Source: Eledone cirrhosa | Taxonomy: Eukaryota | Reading direction: 5' to 3' | Assembly: GCA_964016885.1 (NCBI GenBank) | Contig: OZ024742.1 | Location: forward strand, 161,200,001-161,264,000 | DNA: 64,000 nt | Part shown: positions 1-12,659 of the stretch, piece by piece | How the letters are laid out: every line of letters begins with the position of its first letter | How positions within the stretch are numbered: the first letter of the stretch is position 1 | Notes under the pieces: model-generated | Database searches by the model: none | Told to the model about the DNA's origin: nothing | Seen by the model: the letters and a program-made list of their open reading frames with translations, nothing else | Translations under genes and position numbers: made by a program

Positions 1-3000
1 TAGGGTTAGAGCCCCTAATTACACTGTCAAGGAGCAGCCTGGTCGTTATGACTCTGCTGGCTTAGAGCCACAGAGAGGGCCAGTGGATGATAGATCAGCT
101 GTCTCTGAGACAAATATAAAGAATGCAGTTTTGTCCTGCAGAAGAGCCATCAAAATGGGCACTTTGAATGTGAGGACTATTCGAACGCTGGAGAAGAGAG
201 AGGAGTTGGGACATCTGTTCGAGGAGAGTGGTATACAGATACTTGCGATCCAAGAACACAGGATTCTACACGATGAGCCCGTGAGGAGTGTGATGATCGG
301 GAGGAAGAGCCAGCTCATCACTACATCGGCAGTGAAGAACACAACAAATGCTGCAGTAGGAGGAGTGGGTTTTGTGTTCAGTGCAAAAACCAATCTGTTG
401 GTGAGGGAAATAATGCCTATCTCCCCGCGAGTGTTGAGGGTGACCTTCAATGGAAACCCAAGACTGACAGTCATCTCAGCCTATAGTCCAACCGAGGGGG
501 ACAGTGATGTGAGTGCGGAAGAGTTCCATGAGGAGGTGCGTAGAGCTGTCAACACCACTCAGGCACACAATATCCTGCTTGTTTTGGGGGACTTCAATGC
601 ACATCTGAGTAAGGAGGGCAGAGAAGATCCTTGCTGGTACTTCCATAACAACACCAACCGAAATGGAAGACTACTGAGAGACACCCTGCTGGAGGCGAAC
701 TTGATGGCGACCAACCTAAGGTTTAGGAAGAATCTGGGGAAGATGTGGACCTACATCTCAGATGTGCACCTGTCCAAGTCCCAGATTGATTTCATTCTGG
801 TGAGGAAAAAGTGGCGGAATAGTGTTCTGAACACGGAACCATACAGCTATTTCAGTACACTGGGTAGTGACCACCGGCTTGTTATGAGTGAGGTCCGCGT
901 GAGCTTAAGAAAGAGCAAGGCTCAGCCCCGGAGAACAATCTATGACTGGGGAGCTTTCAAGGAAGATGATAAGCTACAGGAGAGGTTCACAGTGGAAGTG
1001 AGAAACAGGTTTAGTGCTCTGTGTGGAGAGTCAGAGGAGAGAGAGATTGGATGGACTGAGGAGAGTGTGACGAGGAGGTACGGGCACTTCACCAATGCAG
1101 TGGCGAAAGCAAGTGAAACCCTGGTGCCGAGGAAAAAGAACAAAGGGAAGCACGTCAGCTCTGCAAACCCAAAAGTGTGTGCAGCCAGAGAACACCTGAA
1201 AGCTGCCAGGGACCAATTCTATGCTGATCCTACGGAGGAGAGGATGGAGACTGTGGAGATGATGAGGGAAGAGCTCTGTACCGCTTACACTGAGGTCAGA
1301 GAGGAGGCACTGATAGAGAAGATCAGAAGTGTGGAGAGAGCGGTTGACAGATCTGGATGTAAGGAGAGCTGGATGATCATCAACGAGATCACAAGGAGGA
1401 AGAAAAGGTGTTCGAGTCAGGTCCAGGGAACGGGGCCCGAGGATAGGAAGAGGAAATGGCTAGACCATTTTAGGACCCTACTAGGAGAGCCACCCTCCAC
1501 AGCCCAGAGCACTGGGGAGATCAGGCGGCTGTTTGAGGAACTGGATGTTGAGACAGAGCCCTTCACCAGAGAGGAGCTTCAGAGAGCCAAGAAGAAGATC
1601 AAGGAGGGCAAGGCTCATGGAGAGGATGGAGTGGCATCAGAGGTGATGAAGAGGTGTGATTTTGATGATATCATCCTGGGGTTCTGTAACGGGGCGCTGG
1701 AGAAAGGAGTTGCCCCGAATCAGTGGAGGATCAGTAACATCGTCCCAGTGCCAAAGAATGGAGATCTCTCTAACACCAACAACTACCGGGGGATCTCACT
1801 GACGTCACTTGTGGCAAAGACCCTCAACAGGATGATTCTTAACAGGATCCAGCCTGAGATGGAGAAGAAGCTCAGGGACAACCAGAACGGCTTCAGAGAG
1901 GGTAGATCAACCACCAGTCACATCCTGATGCTGAGGAGGATATTAGAGGGAGCTAGAGCAAAGTGCTTTCCTGCGGTCATGGTTTTCATTGACTTTAGGA
2001 AGGCCTTTGATTCTGTGGACCGTTACTGCCTGATGAAGATCTTACAGGCTTATGGAATCCCCAAGAGGATAGTGGACCTGATATCACTGCTCTACACCAA
2101 CACCAAAGCCCAAGTCATTACACCTGATGGGATGACAGAGTTCTTTGAGATACTGGCTGGAGTGCTCCAGGGAGATACATTGGCTCCCTACCTTTTTATC
2201 ATCGTAGTGGACTATTGTATGCGCCTTGCACTGGAGAAACACCAGGACTCTGGCTTTACTGTAGCACCGGCTCAGAGCAGGAGAGTTGGGGCGAAAAAGG
2301 TATCGGATGCTGAATTTGCCGACGACATAGTTTTGGTGACAAATACAGTGAAGGAGGCAGAGGATTTGATGCGGGAGGTTGAGACTGTGTCGATGAGTGT
2401 GGGGCTGAGAATGAATGAGACTAAAACAAAATATCTGGTAGAGAATGTTGAGAAGCCAGAGGGGATCACTAATGTAGGCGGGAAGCCGCTGGAATTGGTT
2501 GAGGACTTCCTGTATTTGGGAGCAAAGATTGGGAATACGGAAGATGATGTGGTTGAGAGGAAGAGCAAGGCCTGGGCGGCGTGTCACAGCTTGAGATCGG
2601 TGTGGAAGTCGGACCTTCGTAGAGACCTGAAAATCCGCCTCTTCATTGCTGTAGTGGAGTCTGTGCTGCTGTATAGGTCTGAGACTTGGACACTGACCAA
2701 GAGACTCACTCAGGTGGTGGATGGGTGCTACACGAGAATGCTAAGGATGGCTCTGAACATTAATCAGTATACACTGAGGATGAAAAACTCAGAGCTGTAT
2801 GGGAGCATCCCAAAAGTCAGCTCAAAAGTGACACAGAGAAGACTGAGGTTGGCTGGACATGCTCACCGACATCCAGAGTTGACATTGCACTCAGTGCTCC
2901 TTTGGGAGCCCCTACATGGACACACTAGAAGAGGAAGACCAAGGTTAACATATGTTGATGCCCTAAGGACAGACACTGGTCTGTTGGAGATGCAGGATAT

Positions 3001-3084
3001 GGCAGCGATAATGAGGGACAGAGACCGCTGGAGAGAACTCGTCCATGGATCTCGGGAATTTTACCCGCCTTAGATAGATAGATA
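1..3084 (+). mobile_element. RTE-clade (RTE-X-like) non-LTR retrotransposon; 5' end outside the window; short (TAGA)n tail
   Basis: Single long EN+RT ORF. The stop codon TAG is the first unit of a tagatagatagata tail (3071-3084), so there is no 3' UTR. GC content is higher than the flanks. Confidence 0.92.
83..3073 (+). CDS. APE endonuclease + reverse transcriptase polyprotein (at least 996 aa), uninterrupted
   Basis: APE motifs GTLNVRT, IQEHR, YSPT, GDFNA, IDFIL, SDH. RT motifs NYRGISL, QNGFREGRS, FIDFRKAFDSV, GVLQGDTLAP, FADD, FLYLG. RTE-type C-terminus RLRLAGH...RRGRP. The frame is also open from position 2, so the true start may be upstream. Confidence 0.93.
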   Translation: MDDRSAVSETNIKNAVLSCRRAIKMGTLNVRTIRTLEKREELGHLFEESGIQILAIQEHRILHDEPVRSVMIGRKSQLITTSAVKNTTNAAVGGVGFVFSAKTNLLVREIMPISPRVLRVTFNGNPRLTVISAYSPTEGDSDVSAEEFHEEVRRAVNTTQAHNILLVLGDFNAHLSKEGREDPCWYFHNNTNRNGRLLRDTLLEANLMATNLRFRKNLGKMWTYISDVHLSKSQIDFILVRKKWRNSVLNTEPYSYFSTLGSDHRLVMSEVRVSLRKSKAQPRRTIYDWGAFKEDDKLQERFTVEVRNRFSALCGESEEREIGWTEESVTRRYGHFTNAVAKASETLVPRKKNKGKHVSSANPKVCAAREHLKAARDQFYADPTEERMETVEMMREELCTAYTEVREEALIEKIRSVERAVDRSGCKESWMIINEITRRKKRCSSQVQGTGPEDRKRKWLDHFRTLLGEPPSTAQSTGEIRRLFEELDVETEPFTREELQRAKKKIKEGKAHGEDGVASEVMKRCDFDDIILGFCNGALEKGVAPNQWRISNIVPVPKNGDLSNTNNYRGISLTSLVAKTLNRMILNRIQPEMEKKLRDNQNGFREGRSTTSHILMLRRILEGARAKCFPAVMVFIDFRKAFDSVDRYCLMKILQAYGIPKRIVDLISLLYTNTKAQVITPDGMTEFFEILAGVLQGDTLAPYLFIIVVDYCMRLALEKHQDSGFTVAPAQSRRVGAKKVSDAEFADDIVLVTNTVKEAEDLMREVETVSMSVGLRMNETKTKYLVENVEKPEGITNVGGKPLELVEDFLYLGAKIGNTEDDVVERKSKAWAACHSLRSVWKSDLRRDLKIRLFIAVVESVLLYRSETWTLTKRLTQVVDGCYTRMLRMALNINQYTLRMKNSELYGSIPKVSSKVTQRRLRLAGHAHRHPELTLHSVLLWEPLHGHTRRGRPRLTYVDALRTDTGLLEMQDMAAIMRDRDRWRELVHGSREFYPP

Positions 3085-3087
3085 TAC

Positions 3088-3171
3088 TTTTCGACGGCTA
3101 ATTCTGGACTAAATTAGTCCAGAATTAGCCGTAGAAACGGCTTGAACTCAGCCGTCGGGGTCCTACTCGTT

Positions 3172-3175
<4 letters not shown>
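3088..3175. repeat. Palindromic MITE-like fragment, same family as 20504-20617
   Basis: Perfect hairpin ggctaattctggactaa-a-ttagtccagaattagcc. The right half (gaaacggc..ctcagcc..cggggtcct..ttcctat) matches 20573-20617. Confidence 0.6.
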
Positions 3176-3234
<59 letters not shown>

Positions 3235-3739
3235 TGGAAGTGTTCGGACGTTGTATATGTAGGTGTAGTCGGATAAACGTCGAAACGGCTTGGTGAAATG
3301 CAGCGAAAATTTACACAGTTATGCAGAATGATCCGAGGAGGCGTTGGGTCGATTTTCAACCGATGAAACATGAATTTCCCATTCAAATTGAACTGAGAGT
3401 AATCTGTGAACGCAGAAGTAAATATTTCGAGAAACGTTGCAACCGAAGGAAAACAGGAAGACGATATTTTGGTTCGTGAAGACCTTCCCTGGTAATGAAC
3501 GGAAAAAAAAGCGACGATAATGCGTCGTTATGTGGAGCGAGAAAAACAATTTCCTGCAAAGACAAGACCAAGTTTATGGTATAAATGGATTCGTTAGACT
3601 AATATTCTATTTAAAATAACAGAATGATTTCCAGTCCCGGAGTTTAAGAATGATGTAAATAAAATTGAAAACGAAAATGACAGAGGTTATTAAAATGGTA
3701 AAAGTAAATAGTGAAGATTTAGACCAGTACATACGTATG

Positions 3740-4251
3740 CCCCGTCAGACATACACATACATACGCACACACAAATACATACAGACCCACATAAACGCGC
3801 GCGCGCGCGTGCGTATGTATGAACCTTATGCATTTCTACAGTATTTTCACCAAACTTAAGACATAGGTTACTTATGTAATCCGGATGGTCATGGGCACTT
3901 TCATTTTTCCAGATATTGATTATAGGGCCTCCCAGCAGATAACCCCCTTTAACCACATTCTTGGAGTCGACTGAAGCACTACAGTGCAATGCAACAAAAC
4001 GTCATAACTTCTGGAGTTCGCAACCGATTTTCACAAAACGTGACACATGGGCTACGCTTGTCCTACAGATGAATGTGAACTCTCAGAATTGGCACATACT
4101 GAGTAGGGGACCCCTGGGGGGCAGGAACCCCCTTTTGGAAAAAGCCGATGATTTTGTAAAAGTATAGTTTTCGAAGCAGCACTGAAGTATTGACATAATT
4201 GGTATACACAACTGCTATTTAATACCCGAGCAACGCCGGATACCTCTGCTA

Positions 4252-4252
<1 letters not shown>
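3740..4252 (+). mobile_element. Non-autonomous Helitron-like element (3' end clear, 5' edge approximate)
   Basis: GC-rich subterminal motif cccgagcaacgccgg followed by CTAG (4249-4252) then T. The same terminus occurs reversed at 50304. Confidence 0.6.
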
Positions 4253-4308
<56 letters not shown>

Positions 4309-4523
4309 TCTCCCCTACGGTATGCTATATTTTCTGTTGTTCTCCTGTCTCACTCGCTTTACGCGTTTTAATTGTCCTAATAACTTATTTTGGTTATTAT
4401 TGCACCGAAGTGAGATATATGATTTTTAATGCAATGAAATATCTATGATCTTCGGCAAATCACTGATGAGGGACTTATTTTATTACATGTTACCATGTGC
4501 TACCTGCAGTATTTTTCTCTATA

Positions 4524-4586
<63 letters not shown>

Positions 4587-5354
4587 TGGTTAAGATCTCG
4601 GATGAACCCACGGCACGAGGCGAAGCGCAAATAAGGACGGCAGCCAGAAACTCCATTTTTCATCAATAACCAACCAAGGGAAGCTGGGTGTAAAAGAGTG
4701 TAGCATCAACGTAATAGGGCAATATAGATATTTTTTTTTATTAGCTACAGGGGCACAATAGAAGGGGATAAATACAAAGGGGGAAGTTTACATACAATAA
4801 AAACGTGTAAAATAATATCACAAATGCAATTTAAAAAATCCAATATAGATAGATAGATAGATATACGAAATTGCACGCCAGCAATGTGGCTGATGAGGTA
4901 AAGATGCAGCTGTCTGTTCGTCTTATCTGTGTGCTTTTTGCTGCTGATACTATATATATAAATATATATATATGTTTGTTTGTGTTTTTTACTTTTCCTT
5001 GTACAGTTTGGGAGTGTTGAGGAGGTCGCATGTAGGTCTATGCGTTACTTTTGCTTAAGGCCTTGGTATCTTTAGTTTGTTCTATATGTATTTGCTCAAG
5101 TGAAGACAATTGTGTATGTATGCATTCGTATATATATATATATATAAGTGTGTGTGTGTGTGTTAGTGCATTTTGTATGTATGAACCCATAACTCCTCAT
5201 GGAGTCGTAGGGGTACCATAGTGACATAAGCATTTTAAAGATGGCAGTGCTCACCTCCTCTCCAAATCTGAATTATTCCAGAGAAGGAGAAAGTGATAGA
5301 GAGAAAGTAAGAAAGAGATATTAAGGAGGAATCGACACATGTACTGGACTGGTT

Positions 5355-5465
5355 ATGATGAAAAACAAAGTTAACCTTGGCACGTCTTAAACTCAGAGCG
5401 TTGACTGTCGGAACGAATACTGCAAAGCATTCTATCGAACGTTCTAACGACTTTGCCAATTCACT
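5355..5465 (-). mobile_element. tRNA-derived SINE fragment (Meta-like family)
   Basis: Matches the family consensus gatgaaaggcaaagttaacctcggc..gaactcag..gccaat. Confidence 0.6.
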
Positions 5466-5879
5466 GCACTTTCAAAACCAGTGTAACTACGCAGTCCAAT
5501 AATTTATCCACTTGACCTCTCCTCTTCTGCTAAGGACGTACAAACATTTTCACACATACGTGCGCGCGCACATAAACCCATGCTGTTAAATTTTGGCCTT
5601 TCGATTGATTAAACAACTGGAACACTACTCGCCGAAATCGACAAAGGTTCATTTACTTTCTTAGCCTTACTTCCACTCACTTGTACACTTGTTTAAAGGA
5701 ATTTAAACACTTTTTTAAAGGCTTGGAACAACACCTTTAACACAGCTCATCCATGGGCCCTGAATTCTCGATTGAGCCGTGGGGTTCCCGTGGTGACAAA
5801 CGGTGTGTCTTACGCATTTAAATCTAAAACCCACCTCTCTTCATGTCGGAACAAAGCCAATTTATTTCCAGAGAGAGAG

Positions 5880-6030
5880 AATAAATTGACCCGAATACTG
5901 GCCTGGTACATCATCATCGACCTCGAAAGGATGTAAAGCAATGTTGACCTCAGCGAGCTTTGAACTCAGCGCCGGAACGAATATCACAAAGCGTTCTATC
6001 AGACGTTGTAACGACTCTGTCAATTCGCCC
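5880..6030 (-). mobile_element. tRNA-derived SINE (Meta-like family), diverged
   Basis: ggtac..atcgacctcgaaaggatgtaaagcaatgttgacctcagcgagctttgaactcag. Confidence 0.65.
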
Positions 6031-6398
6031 CCTTTTCAAAATTAGTGTATCAGTACGTCACCCACTACCTTATCCAATCTACCCCTCCGCCGCTTCTTCT
6101 AAGGATGTACAAACATTTTCATTCATGGTCACCTTAGTTGGCGTAATCATGGTGAATTCTAACTTCATCATGAAGTCTTGTTTAAACGGGTACTACGTAC
6201 ACACTGTTAACAATTTAAGGGGCTGGGGGTATATCTCTCGACTGCGGGTGGTCAGTTAATCTGAGGTAAAGTGTGATAAGCTTAGATGTTTGCACACAGA
6301 ATTTAACATTCGTTTGACGAATATCGTTTAAACCTTTACTAGTTTGTTTCTCTAAACAGTCACACGTGTAAACGGTGAACACCACATGACCCCACCCC

Positions 6399-6443
<45 letters not shown>

Positions 6444-6829
6444 CACACTTCTAAATACACAAATACATAAATAAATTCATGCAGTCACATGTATACATAT
6501 ATATGTGCATGTGTGAGTGTATGCGTGTATGCATATATATATATATATATATATATATTAGTTATAAAGGCTATTTGTCTCTAATACTTAGACATCTCAA
6601 TGAATTGATAGTATATACAGATAAAATATCGCGCAGAGAAGTAATATAACATATTAAACATTAGCCAAATACACAATTTTGGGGAGTATAAGTCAGAGAG
6701 ACTAAAATAAGTTAGTCTATGTCATATAATCGTCTCTCTACCATGGTTTCAAGAATAAAAGAAACAATACCAGCCATTTCAAATCATTGGAATAACCAAA
6801 ATTGGAAGAACTTATTTAATCAAAAGACT

Positions 6830-6985
6830 CATTAGAGCGTCGGGCAAAATGCTTTGAAGCATTTAGTTATGACCTTTTACTTTTCCGGGGTCGATAAAAT
6901 AAAAAGCCAGTCTCATACTGGAGACGATGCAATCGATTTCCACCTCCCCACAAATTGTTGGCCTTATGCCTTAATTAGAAATCAT
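6830..6985 (+). mobile_element. tRNA-derived SINE (Meta-like family), internally deleted
   Basis: ttccggggtcgataaaataaaagccag...ggccttatgcc...tagaaatcattatt. Confidence 0.6.
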
Positions 6986-7210
6986 TATTTATTTGATCAA
7001 TTCAAACGCCCGTATAGAGCTGGAAAGACTATGTGGGGTATCTAATATCCCGTATAATCAAGAAACATGAGAGAGGGAGAGAGAGCGCGGGGGGGGGGGG
7101 GGGGGGGCAGAAAAGAAAGAAGAAAAATTTCGAAAGACAAGGACAACTATAAAGCAACTAAAAGTTTCTCTTGTTGAATCAATTCGTAACCTCCATGTAC
7201 TGGAAGATAT

Positions 7211-7440
7211 ATGAGGGTGGGCGGAAAAGTTCATAGGCTGACTATGAAGGTGTGATGCTAGAACTGTGAAATATTGTATGCATTAATTTCAACTCTTCGT
7301 ATTAATAACTTCATTGTTTTGTTTTTTCAGGTAAACTGATATCTGATTGTTCAAAGAACACTTCAAAAGTACCGCCGGGGAAACGCCTTCTCCATTCTGT
7401 CTGCTGGAGCCGTGGAGTGACCAACGCGTAGGACCCCATT
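7211..7440 (+). mobile_element. mariner-like terminal fragment
   Basis: Starts TA(T)GAGGGTGGGCGGAAAAGTTC, resembling a mariner-type TIR. Confidence 0.4.
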
Positions 7441-7884
7441 TATTCATAATAGTGAGAATTGTGTGAGAGTGTGGGTGTTGTTGTTGTTGTTGTTGTTGGG
7501 CCTCCGTCGTTTCCATCGACGAGTGCTCCAGGTGATTCAATCAACCGAACAGCCTGCTCGTATATACATTTAGATTTTCCTTCACAAACAAAGAACGAGA
7601 TTAACGAATCTATAAAATAACCCAATGCTAATTCAGAACGTGCAGTGATACTAATAGACCAAGACAGAATAATACAGGCACAAATCCAAGGCAATAAACA
7701 CACCAGACACTATAACTATTAAAGATACACACACAGTGCTGGACTTACCTATGAGCTAAATAAGCTATAGCTAAGGGCAACACACCCTCGGGGGCCTCAT
7801 GTTTTAAAATATACTTTTATTTTATCATTAATTTTTATTCTTTGACACTAAATAATAAAAACAATTATATATATATATATATAT

Positions 7885-7938
<54 letters not shown>

Positions 7939-8625
7939 AAAATAGCACGGAAAATATATTTTAGGTTCTGTTTTGTTTTGTTTTTTCATCAAAGTGACAT
8001 TATTGAAAATATGAGAGGGAGAATTCATTTTAAAAATAGTTTTATAATGTATATAAAATATTATCGGTTTCGATGTATTAGTAAAATTCATCTTATCAAA
8101 TGTTGAGTATTACAATTAAAAAGAATTAATAAGAATTAAAAACTAAAGATTAAAGATTTAAAATTAAGAGGTAAGTTTTTTTTTATCTTCCTTGTTGAGA
8201 AGGAGACTGGAAAATGAACTCTTGTGTATATAGAGAGAGGGGTGTGTAGTCACGATAGTAACAGCAGCTCTGTTGGTAGTTGTGTTACTTCACATAGAAC
8301 AAAATTGTTTTTAGGGACAAAGGAAATATTCTGTAAATATGTGTGTGTATCTCAATTGTGTTAATGACTGGTCAAGAGTTCAGATGGGCGAAGTGGGGAA
8401 TTGTAAGCTAGAGTGAAACTCTATGGGATTGGCAACAGTGGGGTTGTAAAAAAAATTTTCTATTTTTGGAATATGGTTTTAGAGAGTGTGTTACGACATT
8501 TCGATTACAGGGTCAGGTTCGATCTATAATAGATCATGCCTCGAGCTGATCGAAAGAGAAACATATGTAATATGCTATCAAATATGTTATGATGCAACAC
8601 TGAATCCTTGTTCCTTATCCTTATA

Positions 8626-8676
<51 letters not shown>

Positions 8677-8677
<1 letters not shown>

Positions 8678-8902
8678 AAAAGAAATCGAAAATGCAACTG
8701 GAGTCTTTTTAAGAATATTTATTTGTTTCCTTTACCGGTTTCACAGTTCTTATGCTTTTCAAAAGTAGAATTGAGATGCGAAAAAAACCACAAACCCTCC
8801 ATCTCAATTCTACTTTTGAAAAGCATAAGAACTGTGAAACCGGTAAAGGAAAACAAATAAATATTCTTAAAAATACTCCAGTTGCATTTTCGATTTCTTT
8901 TC
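8677..8902. repeat. Near-perfect hairpin, about 102-bp arms and 21-nt loop, between (TA)n tracts
   Basis: 8677-8778 is the reverse complement of 8800-8902 with few mismatches. Confidence 0.9.
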
Positions 8903-8963
8903 CTTATACTTTCACTCGTGTAGGACATCTCATTTTTTTTTCGTTTAAAAAAAAAACTCATTT

Positions 8964-9077
<114 letters not shown>

Positions 9078-9266
9078 ATTAAATAAATGGAAACTATATT
9101 TATAAAACCATATTTATTTCATTATATATATTTCAGGGATATCATACTAACAATATGCTATGCCTTCCTCATATATATATATATATATATAAGAGAGGCA
9201 AAACTGCTGTGTGGTTACTAATAAATATTGTTTAGAAAACGTAAGAAAAACACAAACATAAGGACT

Positions 9267-9587
9267 ATTCCCGCTCTTCGGCTGTCTGCTGTGGGTTGCT
9301 GATGTTTCAATGCAATGAAGACAGTACATCTCACCACAGTGCGGTAATAACTATCTTGTGTTTCCTCTCTCTATGGGGATGTTTTTCTTCTGTTTATTTT
9401 CTTTTTCTGTCGTTTTCTTCGCTATCGTCTCTGATTTGTTTTGTTTTGGTTTGTTTTGGGTTTTTTTGTTGTTATTTTCTTCCCTAATAACTATTCCTCT
9501 TAGTTATTAACGCACTATGGTGAGATGTACTGTCTATTATGGGTCGAAACATCAGTGACCCACAGCAGACAGCCGAAGAGCGGGAAT
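9267..9587. repeat. Inverted repeat, about 87-bp arms with a T-rich spacer
   Basis: attcccgctcttcggctgtctgctgtggg... versus ...cccacagcagacagccgaagagcgggaat. Confidence 0.85.
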
Positions 9588-10505
9588 TGTACAACGGGAT
9601 CGGTAATTTTACACACTACTTCAACCGTTGATTCTTATTATCAGTTCTGTTACTAACAAACTTTGCTTGAGCAAATAATTTAGTCTAATAAGATATATAT
9701 TGATTATTATTAGTCATGGCCATATCCAATAGATATCTGATATCTCTGAATAGTAATATCATACTACACACTGCATCGTCTTCTAACGTCTATAATAATA
9801 GCTGTAAAAGCCAAAAATGTGTAAAATTACACATACATGTACACCAGGTCCAAACACAGAGGAACCAAACTCCCACTATTACTGTGTATTCGTTTCCTGG
9901 TGAGTAGTACTGTTTTAAGGTTTATATCGAATAATAAATTAATGCTAGAATATAAATGTCTGTATTATACTTTTGTTTCTGAAGTAATGTGAGTTAAAAC
10001 ATTAATTGTCATGTGGTAGGAAGCATTGTTGTAGTTTCTTTTGTTGCTGCTGTACTAGCAAAATACAAATGGTACCCGGTACACCGGTAGTATCTGCATC
10101 AACGAAGTTACGTTAACCCTATTCCTTTAGACATTTTTAGCTCTCGGTAAAGATAGAGATGGAGTCGGTTCGACACCACCTCCAAACAATGCTAATAAAT
10201 ATTTATTATGACAATAGAAGTGCTTTTCTGATTTATATATTAACAATTGTATATTTTATTACAAATACTAAACGTTTAATAACCTCGTTTATACGAAGAG
10301 TTAAATAAATATATATATATAACAATAAAATATAGAACCGCGTTAGTTAAATGTTTATTTGATACATTTTCAGCATTTTTAGCCTTGCAATGAAGAGAAC
10401 ATTCGAAAGCATACATCAACAGATAAAAAGGAATCAGAAGTTGGCGGAACAACTCAGAACATTTCCAAAGCTCGATAAATATTTTCTTAAAACAATAGAT
10501 AATGA

Positions 10506-11000
10506 TATTGGAATTTCGTATTTCTAAATAAATACGGTATGTTTATAAATAAACATTTAGAAATCCGTAGCTATTGAAAAACACCGGCATCTGGGGGTGT
10601 CTAGCAGAAGCAAGGGGGTCAATCATCGATGCATTTCGAACTGAACTGGCTTTTATCAGGACGATTCCTCCCGCTCTTTCAACTGCTTGAGTTTGAAAGC
10701 AGGCGAGAATATATAGTTTTCTCGTCTGTGTAAATAAGATGATTAATCTCCTTTGTATATGAAGCTGTATAAGTTGGCTCACATATAATAGAATAGAATT
10801 AAAATTTAGCTTCGAGCATAGCTGTATACAGACATGTATTGGAATTTCGTTGGACACCGCCAGGTGGCGAGAGCTGCCAGTTATTTTGCATAGGTACGGC
10901 TTTCTAAATGTTTATTTATAAACATAACGTATTTCTTTAGAAATACAAAATTCAAATGCATAATTGTATGCAACTATGCTCGAACATAAATGTTAATTCT
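10506..11000. mobile_element. Foldback/MITE inserted in the hAT transposase 5' region
   Basis: About 85-bp inverted arms (10507-10592 and 10872-10957), flanked by the direct repeat aatagataatga at 10494-10505 and 11001-11012. Confidence 0.7.
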
Positions 11001-11299
11001 AATAGATAATGACTCTTTATCACAAATCCGGGATGATAAGCAAAGCCCAGAACTAAAGTCCAAAACAGAGGTCCATAGAACAGCTTTGCTTATTTGTGAA
11101 GAAAGCGCTGTTCGACCTTGAATTCAAAATTAGCCGAAAAGCAGAACAACAATATTAGAGAATTGTCCTTGAACGCGTTTTTTGGCCACTCTGTGTACAT
11201 TAGGAGAGTGTGGGTTAGTATTTAGAGGAAGTAATGAAACTTTTGGATCAGTAGATAATGATAACTATCTTGAGATTTTAGAATTGTTAGATAAGTTTG

Positions 11300-11530
11300 G
11301 AGGTCAAATTTGCCCTTCCTCCTTTCGAGGTCGATAAAAAAGTACCAATCTAATACTGGGGTCGATTATTCATCTCTCTCTCTCTCTTTCTCTCTCTCTC
11401 CCTCTCTGGAAGAAATCTGGTGTGTTCAAACCTGGAGAGGGATGGGCTCCGCCATGTTTAAACTGCCCAAATATGCCCTATACGACGCCCCTACGACTCA
11501 AACCGGAATTATAGGATAAACAGAGAAAGG
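11300..11530 (+). mobile_element. Composite insertion (SINE fragment + (CT)n + unknown) inside the hAT ORF
   Basis: Flanked by the direct repeat taagtttg. Removing the insert restores ELLDKFDPLLA. Confidence 0.65.
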
Positions 11531-12659
11531 TAAGTTTGATCCCTTGCTTGCCAATCTCACAGAATAACACATAAAAACAGAGGACACGGGAGCCTTTTAT
11601 ATTTGTCTAAAAGAATATGTGATGAAATTATAATTCTTATAACAAAGAAAATGTAGCTATTTCAGTTTGTCAGTCGACATCACACCAGATTTGTCTCACG
11701 TTGATCAACTAACTGTGATAGTCAGGTATGTATCGCCTGATGATGGTTTATCTGTTGAGTGATTTTTAACATTCTTAAAATTGAAGAATCACAGTGGGGA
11801 ATGTATGGCAGATAAGATGGTGAACTATCTTTGTAAAGATTGTAAAGTTGATTTTAGTAAATGCAGAGGACAATCTTATGATAATGCAGCAAATATGTCA
11901 GGTAAATACTGGGGCATGCAACAGAAAATTCTAAAGATAAACAGGTATGCTATTCTTTGTGTAGGACATTCTTTGAATCTTGTTTGTCAATCTGCAATAG
12001 ATTGCTGCTGAGATGTAGTAAACTTTTTTAGCGGTGTTCAAGAAATATACATTTTCTTTTCATTTACAAAGAGATTAGCTGTGATGTTAAGATTCTTGAA
12101 ATCGAAGTTCAATATTCCAAAGTATTTATCTGATACTAGATGGGAAGTTCATACCAACTCTGTGCCTGCCATAGAACATTATGGGTCACTCATTGAAGCT
12201 CTTAATTATTCCCATTCTAATGAAAGCGAAAAAGACGATACAGGAATTCAAGCTGGTTCTCTTCTTGCAAAAATGAAAGAATTAGAATTCGTTATTATGG
12301 ACTCGTTTGTTGCGTAAAATTCTTAAGGATCCACAAATTAATCTCTGTACATGTAAGAATTTGTATTCATCACTCTTCGAGTATGTGATGAATGTACATG
12401 ACGATTTTAATGAGATTGAAGAAGAAACTAAGTCTAAACTATCTGATGTGGAATATCAGGGAAAAGGAAGAGGGGGATGTCTAACGATGGAGCTAGGCCT
12501 GACGAAGATGAAGAACTATCTCCAAGAAATAAATTTAGAGTAAAATCTGTTATTCCTATTGTGGATGCACTTTACACAAATTTGAATAAAAGAGGAACAG
12601 TTTATAATCATGTTTATATATTTGTTCTGCAATATTTTTATGTGAAATCGTGTGTTGAA

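Noticed and set aside
1-10. Telomeric TTAGGG-like start
   Set aside because: A single partial unit inside the open RTE reading frame.
9820-9877. 57-bp direct match to 48040-48096 as LTR or large-element ends
   Set aside because: Too short, no TG..CA, PBS or TSD; most likely a dispersed repeat fragment.
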